Source: Dendrobates tinctorius
Taxonomy: Eukaryota
Assembly: GCF_039654945.1 (NCBI RefSeq)
Contig: NW_027361733.1
Coordinates: 24,180,001 to 24,244,000 of the forward strand
Length of the DNA: 64,000 nucleotides
Direction of reading: 5' to 3'
Shown here: piece by piece, positions 35,642 through 49,261 of the stretch
How the letters are laid out: each line of letters begins with the position of its first letter
How positions within the stretch are numbered: the first letter of the stretch is position 1
Notes under the pieces: model-generated
Database searches by the model: none
What the model was told of the DNA's origin: nothing
What the model saw: the letters and a program-made list of their open reading frames with translations, nothing else
Program-made: the position numbers and the translations under genes

Positions 35642-38600
35642 ATGTTGTCGCTTCTGGCACAGAGGTCACCGCTTTTGGCTAAAATGAGGGTACTAGGAGC
35701 TGTCGGTGTAAGGGCGGCTCACGGCCATGGGGACAGCGGTAAGTGCTGGTCATAACAACATACCACACTGGGTGAGGGAGACCTGACAGACAATTAACAG
35801 AATGAACCACATAGAAGTCCAGAACCGCTCTGGAATGATGCATGAGGTACCAGAAATAATGGCGGGAGGCTCCTGTGGTTATCCCATAGAATCCGGCACC
35901 TTTAATAAATTCTGTCAATGAGACAGCTGTAAATAACAAGGACACAAACATGAGGCGGCTGTAATAAGGAACAGCTTCTCATACAGAATGAGCAATGAGG
36001 TACATCCAGCATAAGGCATGAATCGTAGTCTGTCTGAAGAGAAAAATTGTGAAGGGCCCAAAACGAGCCATGAGAGAAGTGAGAGCATAGAACGAGGCTC
36101 CTGCACGAAGAGTCACTAAAGAACGACATGTAGGAGTGTGTGAACCTCAGTTCCCAAACCAAGAGCTTAAGGAGCGTAAAGGTTTGTCAGGAGCTTCTGT
36201 AGTTATAGGTTACTATCAGTGACAACAGTTCCTCCATCAAAACCCCCTAAAAACACCGGACACAAAGCATCATGTGTTGACTATGCCTGGGGAAATCCTT
36301 TATAAAAAAAAAACTCACAATCATGTCTTTATCGGTAAAGCAAAACAAGGCCACAGCCTCCCAGATAGTAAGCAGAAATGGCAAGACATTTACAAGAACA
36401 AAACTACACTATGAAACTGCACGCTATATAAGAGTATAACTACTATAATACTGCTCTCACTATGCACACGAATATAGCTACTATAATACCACCCCCTATG
36501 TACAAGAATATAACTACTATAATACTGCTCCCTATGTACAAGAATATAACTACTGTAATACTGATCTTATGTACAAGAATATAACTACTATAATACTGCT
36601 CCCTATGTACAAGAATATAACTACTATAACACTGCCCCCACGTACAAGAATATAACTACTATAATACTGCCCCAATGTACAAGAATATAACTACTGTAAT
36701 ACTGATCTTATGTACAAGAATATAACTACTATAATACTGCTCCCTATGTACAAGAATATAACTACTATAACACTGCCCCCACGTACAAGAATATAACTAC
36801 TATAATACTGCCCCAATGTACAAGAATATAACTAATGTAATACTGATCTTATGTACAAGAATATAACTACTATAATACTGCTCCCTATGTACAAGAATAT
36901 ATCTACTATAATACTGCTCCTATGTACAAGAATATAACTACTATAACACGGCCTCCTATATACAAGAAGATGACTACTATAATACTGCCCCAATGTACAA
37001 GAATATAACTACTGTAATACTGCTCCCTATGTACAAGAATATAACTACTATAATACTGCCCCCTATGTACAAGAATATAACTACTATAATACTGCCCCAA
37101 TGTACAAGAATATAACTACTGTAATACTGATCTTATGTACAAGAATATAACTACTATAACACGGCCTCCTATATACAAGAATATAACTACTATAATCCTG
37201 CCCCTATGTACAAGAATACAGCTACTATAATACTGCCCCATGTACAAGAATGTAACTACTGTAATACTGCTCCTATGTACAAGAATATAACTACTATAAT
37301 ACTGCCCCTATGTACTAGAATGTAACTACTATAATACTGCCCCATGTACAAGAATATAACTACTATAATACTGCCCCCTATGTACAAGAATATAACTACT
37401 ATAATACTGCCCCCTATGTACAAGAGTATAGCTACTATAATACTGCTCCTATGTACAAGAATATAGCTACTATAACACTGCCCCTAGGAACAAGAATGTA
37501 ACTACTATAATACTGCCTTGTATGTAAAAGATTATAATTGCTATAATACTGCTCCTATGTAAAATCATTACTACAATATTGTGGCATGCTGCCCACTTTG
37601 TATAATAATAAAACTATTATAATACTGACCCCATAAATAGAAAAATATGAATGCAATGGTGTCAGTACTTGGACTAATGACATTATTTTTTTCGATCAAT
37701 AGATGCGGTACCATATTACACAAAGCCGGCATATTTTGACCACCGAACTCTACCGTTACCTGATATTCCCTTCATTGATAGTCTCAGCTCACAAGAGAAG
37801 GCTCTTAAGGAAAAGGAGAAAGGACCTTGGAAGCAGCTGAGTCCAGAAGACAAGATATCACGTAATGTACAGTGTGATCAGTTGTCTACTGGTTTCCATT
37901 ACGGGGACTCTTGATTTGACTGGTATTGGTCCAGTGATGGAAGTCTGTGGGTGTCGTTGATTTGGTTTACATGAGCTGTAGCTTTCAAAATAAGCACAGG
38001 TACAAGCTCAAAAAACACTGTTCTGATATAGGCGAGAACTGGTTGAATTTGCCCTTTATGCTCTTGCCTTAATATACCTGACGGTCACCATTAGGGTGCT
38101 CCAGTTGAAAAAATCAATCAATCTATATTACTAAAGCCAGAAATGGCACAAGAGTGTTGAATTTAAAGGGAATCTATGAACACAAAATGACTGTTCAAAC
38201 CAAGCACAGGCGCTCGGTGCACCCTCGGGGTGGCAGAGAAGCTCAGTGCATTGTCGCACCTACTTGTTTTACATTTATTTCTTCCTTGATTGATAGCTCT
38301 GTCTTTACAGGAATCAGAGAAGGATGGGGAAACATGTAGGTGGGACAATGCACTGAACTTTTTTTTTTTTTCTGGCTGCGCCAAAGGTGCATCGAGTGCC
38401 TGTGCTTGGTTTGATAAGTCTTTTTATTATGGTAAACTCCCCAAGATCTGTTTTGACCCTGGTTATGGTACGTTCCCCATTAGGGTAAAGGAGGTCCATA
38501 TTTGGTGCTGCTTTAACTCTTTTCTTTCTCATTTCCCCTTAGTTTACCGCATCAAGTTTAACCTGACATACGCGGAGTTGAACAAACCGTCCAACGAGTG

Positions 38601-38888
38601 GAAAACAGTATTTGGTGCAATTTTTTTCTTCTTTGGGATAACAGGACTCATAGTGTGGTGGCAGAGAGTACACGGTAAGGATAATATGGGAGGCAGGGCT
38701 TTGTGGGACCTGTTTATAGTGGCACTGACACCATGTTTTCTGTCCCTGTAGTGTTCCCCCCTCTCCCACACACCCTGCATGAAGACTGGATAGCAATGCA
38801 GATTCGCAGAATGCTGGACATGCGTGTGGGGCCCATTGAAGGCTTTTCCTCCAAATGGGACTACGAAAAGAACGACTGGAAAAAATAA
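35642..38888 (+). CDS. COX4I2: Cytochrome c oxidase subunit 4 isoform 2, mitochondrial; 4 coding exons, 174 aa
   Basis: Exons 35642-35738 ([32 protein letters not shown], transit peptide), 37703-37861 ([14 protein letters not shown]...[13 protein letters not shown]), 38543-38674 (LYRIKF...EWKTVFG...WWQRVH) and 38752-38888 (FPPLPHTL...[15 protein letters not shown]). Isoform 2 is assigned from the tail-to-tail adjacency to BCL2L1 seen in other vertebrates. Confidence 0.92.
36430..37620. repeat. ~35-36 bp minisatellite (TATGTACAAGAATATAACTACTATAATACTGCCCC)n in a COX4I2 intron
   Basis: About 30 tandem units read directly. Confidence 0.95.
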
Positions 38889-38968
38889 GACCATATACGA
38901 ACCACCACAAACCCTCTGTAAACAGCTAACCACAGTTTGTCCATGTACTAGTTCACCAACAGTCTGCA

Positions 38969-38974
38969 AATAAA
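38969..38974 (+). terminator. COX4I2 polyadenylation signal AATAAA
   Basis: AATAAA about 80 nt after the stop codon, followed by GT/T-rich sequence near 39000. Confidence 0.6.
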
Positions 38975-39109
38975 CTCTGTCAGCAATCCACATGATCAGG
39001 TGTGCATGTGTCTTTTGTCTTTGACAGTCCTATCGGGGTCTATTTCTATTCCATACTTGTAGCCCCAAAGCTACTGATAAACTGCAACAAACCTGTGTCT
39101 GCTTGTCTT

Positions 39110-39560
39110 GAGTTACCTCCTGTATTGTACCCCAGAGCTGCACTCACTATTCTGCTGGTGCAGTCACTGTGTACATACATTACTTATCCTGTACTGATCC
39201 GGAGTTACATCCTGTACTATACTCCAGAGCTGCACTCACTATTCTGCTGGTGGAGTCACTGTGTGCATACATTACATTACTTATCCTGTACTGATCCTGA
39301 GTTACATCCTGTATTATACTCCAGAGCTGCACTCACTATTCTGCTGGTGCAGACACTGTGTACATACATTACATTACTTATCCTGTACTGATCCTGAGTT
39401 ACATCCTGTATTATACCCCAGAGCTGCACTCACTATTCTGCTGGTGGAGTCACTATGTATATAAATTACATTACTTATCCTGTACTGATCCTGAGTTACA
39501 TCCTGTATTACACTCCAGAGCTGCACTCACTATTCTGCTGGTGGAGTCACTGTGTACATA
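39110..39560. repeat. ~95-bp tandem repeat (ccagagctgcactcactattctgctgg...)
   Basis: About 5 units; ~1.5 units also at 20450-20580. Confidence 0.85.
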
Positions 39561-40946
39561 CGTTGCATTAACACTTTATCAAATGACAGGATTTAAAAGG
39601 GCTTTCCAAGGAATATAAATGCTGAAACGTCCCAGTCTGCAAAAAAATAAGAGAATGCAGCAGGTGAAATAAGCATTGACAATGTAACCAATATTTCTCT
39701 TGACATGAAATTCTCACTAGATGTTGGCAAAGAAAATCAAACCATACATTTTCATGAATTAAGTTATGTGTAATAATGATAAATCACACAGGTAAAAAGT
39801 ATTGATCACGCTTGCTGAAATTTATTTCATTGTTGGTGATGACCGTTTAGAGCCTCCTGCATGGGAGAAACTAGTCGCATGCATTGCTCAGGTGTGATTT
39901 TGGTCCATTATTCCACACAAACACTCTTCTTATCCTGAAGGTTCCATGGGCTCATTTTATGAACTCTAAGCTTTAGTTGCTTCCATACATTTTCTATTGG
40001 ATTCAGGTCAGGTGATTGGCTTAGCCATTTTAGCAGCTTTATTTTCTTTCTCTAAAACCAATTAAGAGTTTCCTTGGCTGTGTGGTTGGGTTCATTTTCT
40101 TCCTGAAATGCCCCCCCTCATTTCATCTTCATCATCCGTGTAGATGGCAGATTATTATCAAGAATGTCTCGGTATATTTGTCCATTCACCCTTCTATTAT
40201 ATGATGTTTACAGTGCCCAGGGGTGAGTATATTGCAGATGAACTGGGGCACGGAGGTGGTGAAGGTGGGGCACTCCTGCACTAGTGATTATGTGAGTATT
40301 TCAACTAGATGTGCGTCCAAGGATTTACATTGAGCTGAATTGTATTTTGGAGCAGGGAACCCGGCGGCTCCCTGGGCTGCAATACATGCTGCCAGCCAAT
40401 CAGAGGCCAGCTTTCCTTCCTCTCCTGGCGCCTGCACACTGCAGACTTTGCTCTACCCTCAACAGGGCAAAGCAGTGCACCTGCTCAGGAGCCACGACAG
40501 GAAGGAAAGAAGAGGACGGCATTGTATGGAGATGGGAGGTGTCGGACGGTCCCTGGGTGAGTTCAATATAACTTTTTTTTCTTATCTTTCAGGTTACATC
40601 AGGGACTTATCTACAGCATTACAGAACGCTGTAGATAAGCCCCTGATGGCAGTGCCGACAGCTCATATTCGAAAAAAGGGGTGACAGATTCCCTTTAAGC
40701 TCCATGGGACTGTAGCCAACCTCCCTGGACAAATCAAAGAGACGGATAATACGAATGGTAACAAAAGAGCACAGAAAAACTTCTAAACAGATTGAAGGTG
40801 AACTTCAAGCTCAAGGAACATGAGTGTCAGATCGCACCATCCGTCATTGTATGAGCCGAAGAGGACTTCATGGGAGACGACCAATGAGGACTGCTGGTGT
40901 AGGTCCACTGTGTTTTATCAAGACCTAAGTCAGCACAGCCGTCTAC

Positions 40947-43028
40947 GGCTACTTTCAGACATCAGTTTTTTAGCATCAGGCGCGATGTGCCGAAAAATGT
41001 AAAAGCCGGATCCGGTGCCGGTTGCCACCGGATCCAGCTTTTATCCCATAGACTAGCATTATTATTTTTGAACCCCTCTCCATAATCTTTGAAAATTCTT
41101 GGAGAACAGGAGAAGTCCCAGAAGACTGGAGAAGAGCAAATGTTGTACCTATCTTCAAAAAGGGGAAGAAGGTGGACCCATGCAACTATAGGCCGGTGGG
41201 TCTGACTTCTATACCAGGAAAGATCTTTGAACAAATTATTAAACATGTATGTCAGTACCTGGATAAAAATGAAGTGATTAAACAGAGTCAGCATGGGTTT
41301 GTAACTAATAAGTCATGTCAGACTAACTTAATTTCCTTCTATGACGGAATCACTGATTGGGTGCATCAAGGAAATGCTGTAGATATAGTATATCTTGACT
41401 TCAGCACAGTATCTCATACAATCCTTATTGAAAAAATGACTAAGTATGGAATGGACAAGGCAATTGTTAGGTGGATTCATAACTGGCTTAGTGATCGGAC
41501 CCAAAGAGTTGTCGTAAATGGCTGCACATCCAGTTGGAAGAATGTCTCAAGTCGGGTACCACAGGGCTCTGCCCTGGGCCCTGTATTGTTCAACATCTTT
41601 ATCAACGATTTAGATGAAGGAATTGAGGGTAAACTGATTAAATTTGCTGATGACACAAAGCTAGGAGGGATAGCTAATACTAGAGAAGAGAGAGAGAGAG
41701 AGGATTCAAAAAGATATAAATAAACTGGAGCAGTGGGCAGCAACTAACAGAATGGTTTTTAACAGGGAAAAATACAAAGTACTACATCTGGACAATAAAA
41801 ATGAAAAAAGCATATACAGAATGGGAGGAATAGGGCTAAGCAACAGCACATGTGAAAAAGACTTGGGTATACTAATAGATCACAGACTGAATATGAGTCA
41901 ACAGTGTGTTGCAGCAGCAAAAAAGGCAAATGCAATTCTAGGATGTATTAACAGAAGCATACAGTCTAGATCACGTGAAATCATTATTGCCCTCTACTCC
42001 TGTTTGGTCAGACCTCATCTGGAATACTGTGTCCAGTTTTGGGCACCACATTTTAAAAAAGACATCAACAAACTGGAGCAAGTTCAGAAAACAGCGACCA
42101 GAATGGTGACCGGTCTGCAAACCCTGCCTTATGAGGAAAGGTTGCAGGATTTAGGAATGTTTAGTTTGCAAAAGGGAAGACTGAGAGGAGACTTAATAGC
42201 TGTCTACAAATATCTAAAGGGCTGTCACATTGTAGAAGGATCATCTTTATTCTCATTTGCACAAGGAAAGACTAGAAGCAATGGGATGAAACTGAATGGG
42301 AGGAGACACAGATTAGATATTAGAAAAAACTTTTTGACAGTTAGAGTGATCGATGAGTGGAACAGGCTGTCATGAGAAGTGGTGAGTTCTCCTTCAATGG
42401 AAGTCTTCAAACAGAGGCTGGACAGACATCTGACTGGGATGATTTAGCGAATCCTGCTTTGAGAAGGGGGTTGGACCAGATGGCCCAGGAGGTCCCTTCC
42501 AACTCTATGATTCTATCGCCGCATTGCGCCTGATGGCCATATGGCGTGTCCGGCTTTTGCCGGATGCGGCAAAAAATGCCTGTCCGGCGTCAGCAAAAAA
42601 TGTTCCCTGCAACTTTTTTTGCAGCGCCGGAACGGCTTTTTACACAGCGCACGCCCGGACACTGTGAGTGTTAACCCCACAAGTGCCCGGCAAGAGAGAG
42701 ATCTCTCTCTCACCCGGACACTTGAGAGATCTCTCTCGCCGGGCACTTGTGGGTTAACACTCACAGTGTCCGGGGGAGAGAGAGATCTCTCTCTCTGTCG
42801 CCCGGACACTGAGTGTTAACCCCACGTGTCTCTCTCTAAACGCCATACCCTTCGGCGGCTGTCTCTCTCGTCCCCGATGTATCTTCCACCTGCAGCTCCT
42901 TTAAATCCTGTCCGAGCCGTATCAGACGCCGCATACACATCCGGTGTCACCGCTGCAGGCCGGATCCGACGGCTCGGCTTTTCGCCGCACGCCGCCGGAC
43001 CCCACACACCAGATGTCTGAAAGTAGCC
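40947..43028. mobile_element. Harbinger-like MITE hosting the CR1
   Basis: TIR GGCTACTTTCAGACATC / GATGTCTGAAAGTAGCC; 3-bp TSD TAC. Confidence 0.75.
41073..42515 (+). mobile_element. 5'-truncated CR1 LINE (RT domain and 3' UTR)
   Basis: ORFs 41172-41723 and 41752-42375 ([60 protein letters not shown]); CR1-type 3' end ccttccaactctatgattcta; frameshift at a (GA)n run near 41690. Confidence 0.93.
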
Positions 43029-43215
43029 TACCAGGAAATTTTAGAGCACTTCATGCTTCCCTCTGCCGACAAAGCTTTTTGGAGATGGAAATTTCATTCT
43101 CTAGCAGGACTTGGCACCTGTCCACACTGCCAAAAGTACCAATACCTGGTTTACAAACAACAGTATCACTGTGCTTGATTGGCCAGCAAACTCACCTGAC
43201 CTTAACCCCTTAGAG

Positions 43216-44407
43216 CAGGGGTCCCCAACTGCTGGTCCGCGGCCCAGCACCGGGCCGCTGCAGTGCCCTTGCCGGTCCGCGGACACAAGGGGAGCCAGGG
43301 GCGGTCAGTGGCGTAGCGGGGGCTGGGGCGGCGCGCAGCAATTCTTAAACTGCGTGTAGCGGCGGGCAGGGAGCGATCAAGCAGCTCCGCTGCCTGCAAG
43401 AGGGAATAGCAGGAGCGGAGCTGCAAGGACCCGTCCAGCTTCCTGCCCGCCGCCCGCGCTTCCTGTCTCTGACTGACAGAGAGGAGCGCGCCGCTGCTGT
43501 GTGAGAGCGAGGAAGCGCGGGCGGCGGGCAGGTGAGAGGAGAGAGGTGGTGTCTGTGTGTATGTATAATGTGTGTGTATGTATGTCTGTCTGTGTGTGTA
43601 CATGTATGTCTGTGTGTGTGTCTGTGTTTGTGTAGGTGGAGCCTGGCCCTGGAGGAGATGGGGACATGAGGAGAAGACCGTGATGGGGAGAGAAGGCCAT
43701 GAGGGGGTAATGGAAGAAGGCCATGATGCCTGGGGTGATGGGAGGCCATGATGGGGGTAATGGGAGAAGACCATGATGCCTGGGGTGATGGGAGAAGGCC
43801 ATGAGGGGGTAATGGGAGAAGGCCATGATGGGGGTGATGGAGAAATGTCAGTGATGGGGTGAAGGCAATGATGGGGAGAAGGGAGTGATGGGGTGAAGGC
43901 AATGATGGAGAGACGGCAGTGATGGGGTGAAGGCAATGATGGAGAGACGGCAGTGATGGGGTGAAGGCAATGATGGGGAGAAGGGAGTGATGGGGTGAAG
44001 GCAATGATGGAGAGATGGCAGTGATGGGGAGAAGGGAGTGATGGGGTGAAGGCAATGATGGAGAGATGGCAGTGATGGGGAGAAGGGAGTGATGGGGTGA
44101 AGGCAATGATGGAGAGATGGCAGTGATGGGGAGAAGGGAGTGATGGGGTGAAGGGAGTGATGGGGTGATGGAGCAGGCAAGAATGGGGTGATGGAGCACT
44201 CATTCAAAACCTATGGTGAGTTGAGTCACATTATAAATGTTATTTAATTATAAGTATGCACTGCTACACTACAACCGCGTCCATAGCCCCGCCCCCTTAT
44301 GACCAAAGCCCCGCCCCTGCCACACCTCCATCCCCGCCCTGCCGGGCCATGGAAGGATGGTCTTGCTTGAAACCGGTCCCTGGTGCAAAAAAGGTTGGGG
44401 ACCACTG
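43216..44407. mobile_element. hAT-like non-autonomous element with an internal GA-rich minisatellite
   Basis: TIR CAGGGGTCCCCAAC / GTTGGGGACCACTG; 8-bp TSD CCTTAGAG; splits the Tc1 motif SPDLNPL|ENLWG. Confidence 0.85.
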
Positions 44408-47400
44408 CCTTAGAGAATCTATGGGGTATTGTCAAGAGGAAGATGAGAGACACCAGACCCAACAATGCAGACAAGCTGAAGGCTGCTATCAAAGCAACCT
44501 GGGCTTCCATAACACCTCAGCAGTGCCTCAGGCTGATCGCCTCCATGCCACACCACATTGATGCAGTAATTGAAGCAAAAGGGGCCCCGACCAAGTATTG
44601 AGTGCATTTACTGAACATACATTTCAGTAGGACATTTCAGATTTTAAAATCATTTTTCAAGCTGGTGTTATAAAGTATTCTAATTTACTGAGATAATGAC
44701 TTTTGGGTTTTCATTGGCTGTAAGCCATAATCATCAACATTAACAGAAATAAACACGTGAAATAGATCACTCTGTCTGTAATGACTCTATATATGAGTTT
44801 CACTTTTTGTATTGAAGAACTGAAATTAACTTTTTGATGGTGTTCTAATTTTGTGAGAAGCACCTGTATATATATTTATAGCTTGGTTGCCATAAAAGGA
44901 GGGGGACTCAGGGGTCCAGGCTGTCAGTATCCGCCCCTGCCAGTGTCGTATACCGAAAAACAGCCCCACTCCATGATGTTCCCACCTCCAAACCTCACTG
45001 TTGGTATGGTGTTCGGGGTCATATGCAGTGCCTTTTTTTCCTCCAAACATCGTATTACGGCATTCAAAGAGTTCAATTTTGGTCTCATCTGACCAGACCT
45101 ATCTTCTCCCAGTGTTTCACAGGCTTGTCTAAATGTTGCTGCGTAAACTGTAAACACACTTGAACATGCTTTTTGTTCAGCAATGCAGTGTTGTGTGGTT
45201 AGCGTGCATGCAAGCCATGGAGGTTGACTGCATTACTTATTTTCTTTCAAACAATTGTACCTGCTTGCTTATTCCACATTTTTCTGAAGCTCTCCATAGA
45301 TGGTCCTTGGCTCTTGGAAAACTCTTCTGATAATTATATTCACTCATCTGTCTGAAATCTTGCAGGGGGCACCTGGTCTTAGCCGGTTTATAGTAAAATG
45401 ATGCCTGTTACACTTCTGGACTATGACCCCAACAGTGCTCACTGGAACCTTCAGTAGTTTAGAAAATCTTCTGTAACCAATGCCATCAGTATGTTTTGCA
45501 ACAATAAGGATGCAAAAGTCTTGAGACTGCTCACTGGATTTTCCCATCATCAGATGTTTCTTGTGTGGCACTTTGGTAATGGGACACCTTTTTATAGGCC
45601 ATCAGTTGAACCAGCTGATATTTTTCACTAAATGGCAGGATTGCTTTCTAATTATCAATTTCAGCTGGTGTCATGACTTTCCATGGCTTTTTGCATCTCT
45701 GTCTTCAAGTATTCCAAAACTTTTTCCCTGTGTCATTTCTCATTCTTACACATAATTTAATTAATGAACATCTATGGTTTGATTTCTTTGCCTGTGTGGA
45801 TTGGATGGGTTATTGTTACTATTATTGTTCTGGTGGGAATGTCAGTAGCATCTTTAGAAATATATTTACTTAGGAAATTGGTGACATGTTCAATACTTAT
45901 TTCATTGATGTATAAGAATTAGAGACGAGCAAATGTGCTCGGATAAGGTGTTATCCAAGTATGCTTGGTTGATGAGTGACTTCGTCGTGCTCGAAAAATA
46001 TGTTCGAGTCCCCGCGGCTGTCCGACAGTTGCCTGTTTGTTAGGCAATACCTGCACGTATTGCAGCTGCTGTACAGCCGCGAGACATGGAGGCGTGGGGA
46101 CGCAAACATATTTTTGAGCACCCAAAGTCACTCAATACCAGAGCATGCTCAGTAAACACCTTATTTCAGCTCGTTACTAATGAGAATCAATACTCAACTC
46201 TCACCAATTTCCACAGATCCTGTTCTGGCTTTCACTCAGTACACACTGGCCTGTTCCTCCTGCCCTTGTCATTTACACATCAGTAATGGTCACTTAGCCA
46301 AAAACTGGTTGAGGCCAAATAGCCGGTGTAAGTTTTCTGCACACAAATTACAAGAAGGGCTGTTAGCAGCTTCAGCTCTAAAGTCTACAAAATAGTGAGT
46401 GCAAATTTGGAGGGTCAGGATATGGCTGGGGTCACATTGTGAGAAGCTTGCATCAATAACCAGCACTGCCGCCGGCACTCGGGACCGGAGTGTGCAGCTG
46501 CATAGAAATACATGCAGCCGCACACTCCGGTCCCGAGTGTCGGGTATTATGAGAGTTTCTCGCAAGTGTGACCCCAGCCTAAAACTGAGGTTCAGTACAA
46601 GATTAAGAAAGGGGGACATTTACTTTAATAGGGGTGTTCGATATTGCCAACTAAACTTAAATAAAATACGCCTCAATTATGGAGCCTCTATCACCTGTTG
46701 TCTTCAGGGGAAGCAGCTGATTGATCATCATCCCCATTAATTAGGAATTTCATGGATCCCAATGAAACATCTGGTCCACTAGAACTATAGGCCCCCTCTA
46801 ATACCACCATATGCCCAACCCTCATTCTTGAGAATCTTAAGCCCCCTATTGGAGTACCCCACAGCTTACAGACATACCCACGGCTTGTGAAATATTCAGG
46901 AAACAAGAAATGGTATATTGCCATTTTATTACATGTTACTAGTGAAAATAAAGAAAATATCAAATAAAGTGGAAATCTGACAAATATGACAGTAAGAACC
47001 CAGACAATATCTTTAATAAAATCATCCAAAAAAAAGTAAAAAAAAACAGCCAGACAGGAGTCATCGATTACAGAAAATGTATTTATTAATTTTCACAATG
47101 GAATTTGTTTGTGTCAGGAGATTGTTACTCTTAAAGATGAAATTGATCAATAAAATCCACAGAGGTGAGCGGCGTAGTTTCGTTCCACTAGTGACGGGTA
47201 AGCTGAATTGACTTAAGCAATAGAGGTGATCATTAGGTGTACACAGGTCTCCAACCATTCATCCCCTGCATAAATGGAGTTACATGACCTACAGCCACCA
47301 CTAGAGGGAGCACCCTGCTCACTGGTCACACACAGTACTTACTAATAAGGCACAGTAGGCTCCCCCAGGTGGTGGCTGCAGGAAACCACACTGCTATCAT

Positions 47401-49261
47401 TTACCTCTACGCAGGAGATTTGGAGCCCTGTACTAAAAAAATAGCGCTTCGATCCCTATAAAAATATATCAAGAAATTAATCAGCAGAAATTATTACCTT
47501 ATGATAAAAGGTGAACGAACATTCACTTAAAACATGACTGTAGGGCTTGGATCTTAGGTACTTTCTCTTGAAAAGGAATTATCTGGGATTTTGATTATTT
47601 TTATATTATGGAGCTAAGATTTTACAGGCATGGAGCTGCTGGCGATCTGCCTATGTTTGCTGGCTCAAAGCAGTGACAGACAGCTCTTGCCGGCCATTCT
47701 GCAGCTTCTGGTGTCGACGTCAACACAGCAGCCCTTTCTCTTCCCCTCTGCTCTGTCGATGGGGTGTCACGGATGACGTCATGCTGATTGACAGCCTGCT
47801 CCCTGCAGTTAGGCAGTGGGGAGCCGGCTGTCAAGCAGCATGTCCTCAGTCAACAGAGCAGAATGTGAAAAAAGACTCGCTGTCGACACCGGAAGCTGAC
47901 CACTCTGAGCCGGCACCAAGCATAACAGGCAGGTACCTAACACCTACCTGCCTGTATGATCTTAGCAAAAAAATAAAGCCCTGTATAACCCCTTTAAGGA
48001 TTATTAATTTACCAGGATTACGACTGAATATATTATAATATTTTTGGCATACTATAGTCACACTAATATGGTTATACAATTTATTGTCTCCTGCATTTCT
48101 GCTCAACATCTTTTACCTTAAATACCTCAATGTTTCCAACCTATTGCAAAACTACAACTCCCAGCATGCTCCAACAGCCGCAGGTTGGAGGATACTGTTC
48201 TATTTACATCTTCTTTATTCTGTTCTCACACATCAGGCTCTATGTAGGGGGTTATAAATCTACTTATAGATCCCCCTAGAAGATAGCAAATAGTACTGCT
48301 GCTATTAAGTGTAAAATCCAGATTTATGATCCAGTTCCTTAAGATACTGGTAATAGATTAAATATGGTGCTCCGAGAGCTGATGGTCACCTCTTCTAGTG
48401 CAACTTCATCCCACCAGCACCTCTCACTATCCCTGTATCTATAGGCTTGACTTATGCGGAGCTTTTCAATCCCAGGGAAGGCTATGATGCTCAGGACGGT
48501 GCTGCGCTCACCTTTACGAATACTGTAGTGCCATTGTAGAAGAGTGCACTGGGGCTGGCGTGAGATGATCCCCAAAATCCTGTCTGATGATAGTCCCACT
48601 ACCTGGGATTCTCTTTGTCATAGAGGACAATAAAGTTCATGTATCATATGGCTACCCAATTTATTCCATTATGATAGCTTATTACCTAGGCAGATTTACG
48701 CGGCAATATCAGCTGATTACTAGGGACCTCAACAGTCCAGACTTCTTGCCATCAACTGGAGCAGCTGCCACGTAAAGAAATGGGCAACCCCTGTACTGGA
48801 AGGAGACACAGTCCTCTGGCTAATAGAAAACACCCCTCCATCTGCCAGGTGATGTCAATAAGATGGAAGCCCCCTTTAGGTAATAACAAGGTCCTTATCG
48901 TAAATTAGAGGGGTACGTGACCCCCCGCAGACCTTGCACTGCAATGTGGATCAATCGCACAGTGATGTCACAAACATCGAGGACACGAGGTGACATCCAG
49001 CACAAATGGGTAAAGGAAAAACCTATTTATTCAGATACAGATTATGGATCTGATCCACAGAACAGAGACTTAAAACAAGCTAACAAAAGGTTAAAAAAAA
49101 AAAAAAAAGGTTTGGAATCAGCCCACAGGCAATCCCAGGTATTTTTATTAGACTTTTTTGTTTGCATCCTGCATGATGAAAGGGATAAAACATTCTTTGT
49201 CTGGGTCAACAGTGAAAACTTCTCCTCCCTTCCGATTTATCTGGGTCCGGCAGGTGGAGAT

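Larger units (their letters stand above)
40700..44866 (+). mobile_element. Fragmented Tc1 element (host of two MITEs)
   Basis: Transposase pieces at ~40700-40940, 43029-43215 (QDLAPVHTAKST...WPANSPDLNPL) and 44416-44601 (NLWGIVKRKM...GAPTKY*); terminal ...GAAGCACCTG-TA. Confidence 0.75.
40218..44939. mobile_element. hAT-like element enclosing the nested cluster
   Basis: CAGGGGTGAGTAT...TATCCGCCCCTG termini; degenerate 8-bp TSD ACAGTGCC/CCAGTGTC; ends resemble 21903-25021. Confidence 0.55.
39690..45910 (-). mobile_element. Old Tc1 element split into 39690-40217 and 44940-45910
   Basis: Transposase sequence is collinear across the gap ([11 protein letters not shown] side at 44940 onward; PDLNPIEN side near 40000); N-terminus MGKSSEQSQD...GYRRFSKLL...PGAPCKIS near 45350-45550. 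Confidence 0.65.

Noticed and set aside
36430-37620. Regular ~35-bp repeats resembling a CRISPR array
   Set aside because: Head-to-tail tandem units with no unique spacers, in a eukaryotic intron, with no cas genes
43202-44207. 333-aa and 284-aa Pro/His/Ser-rich ORFs
   Set aside because: They arise from the GA-rich minisatellite inside a hAT element
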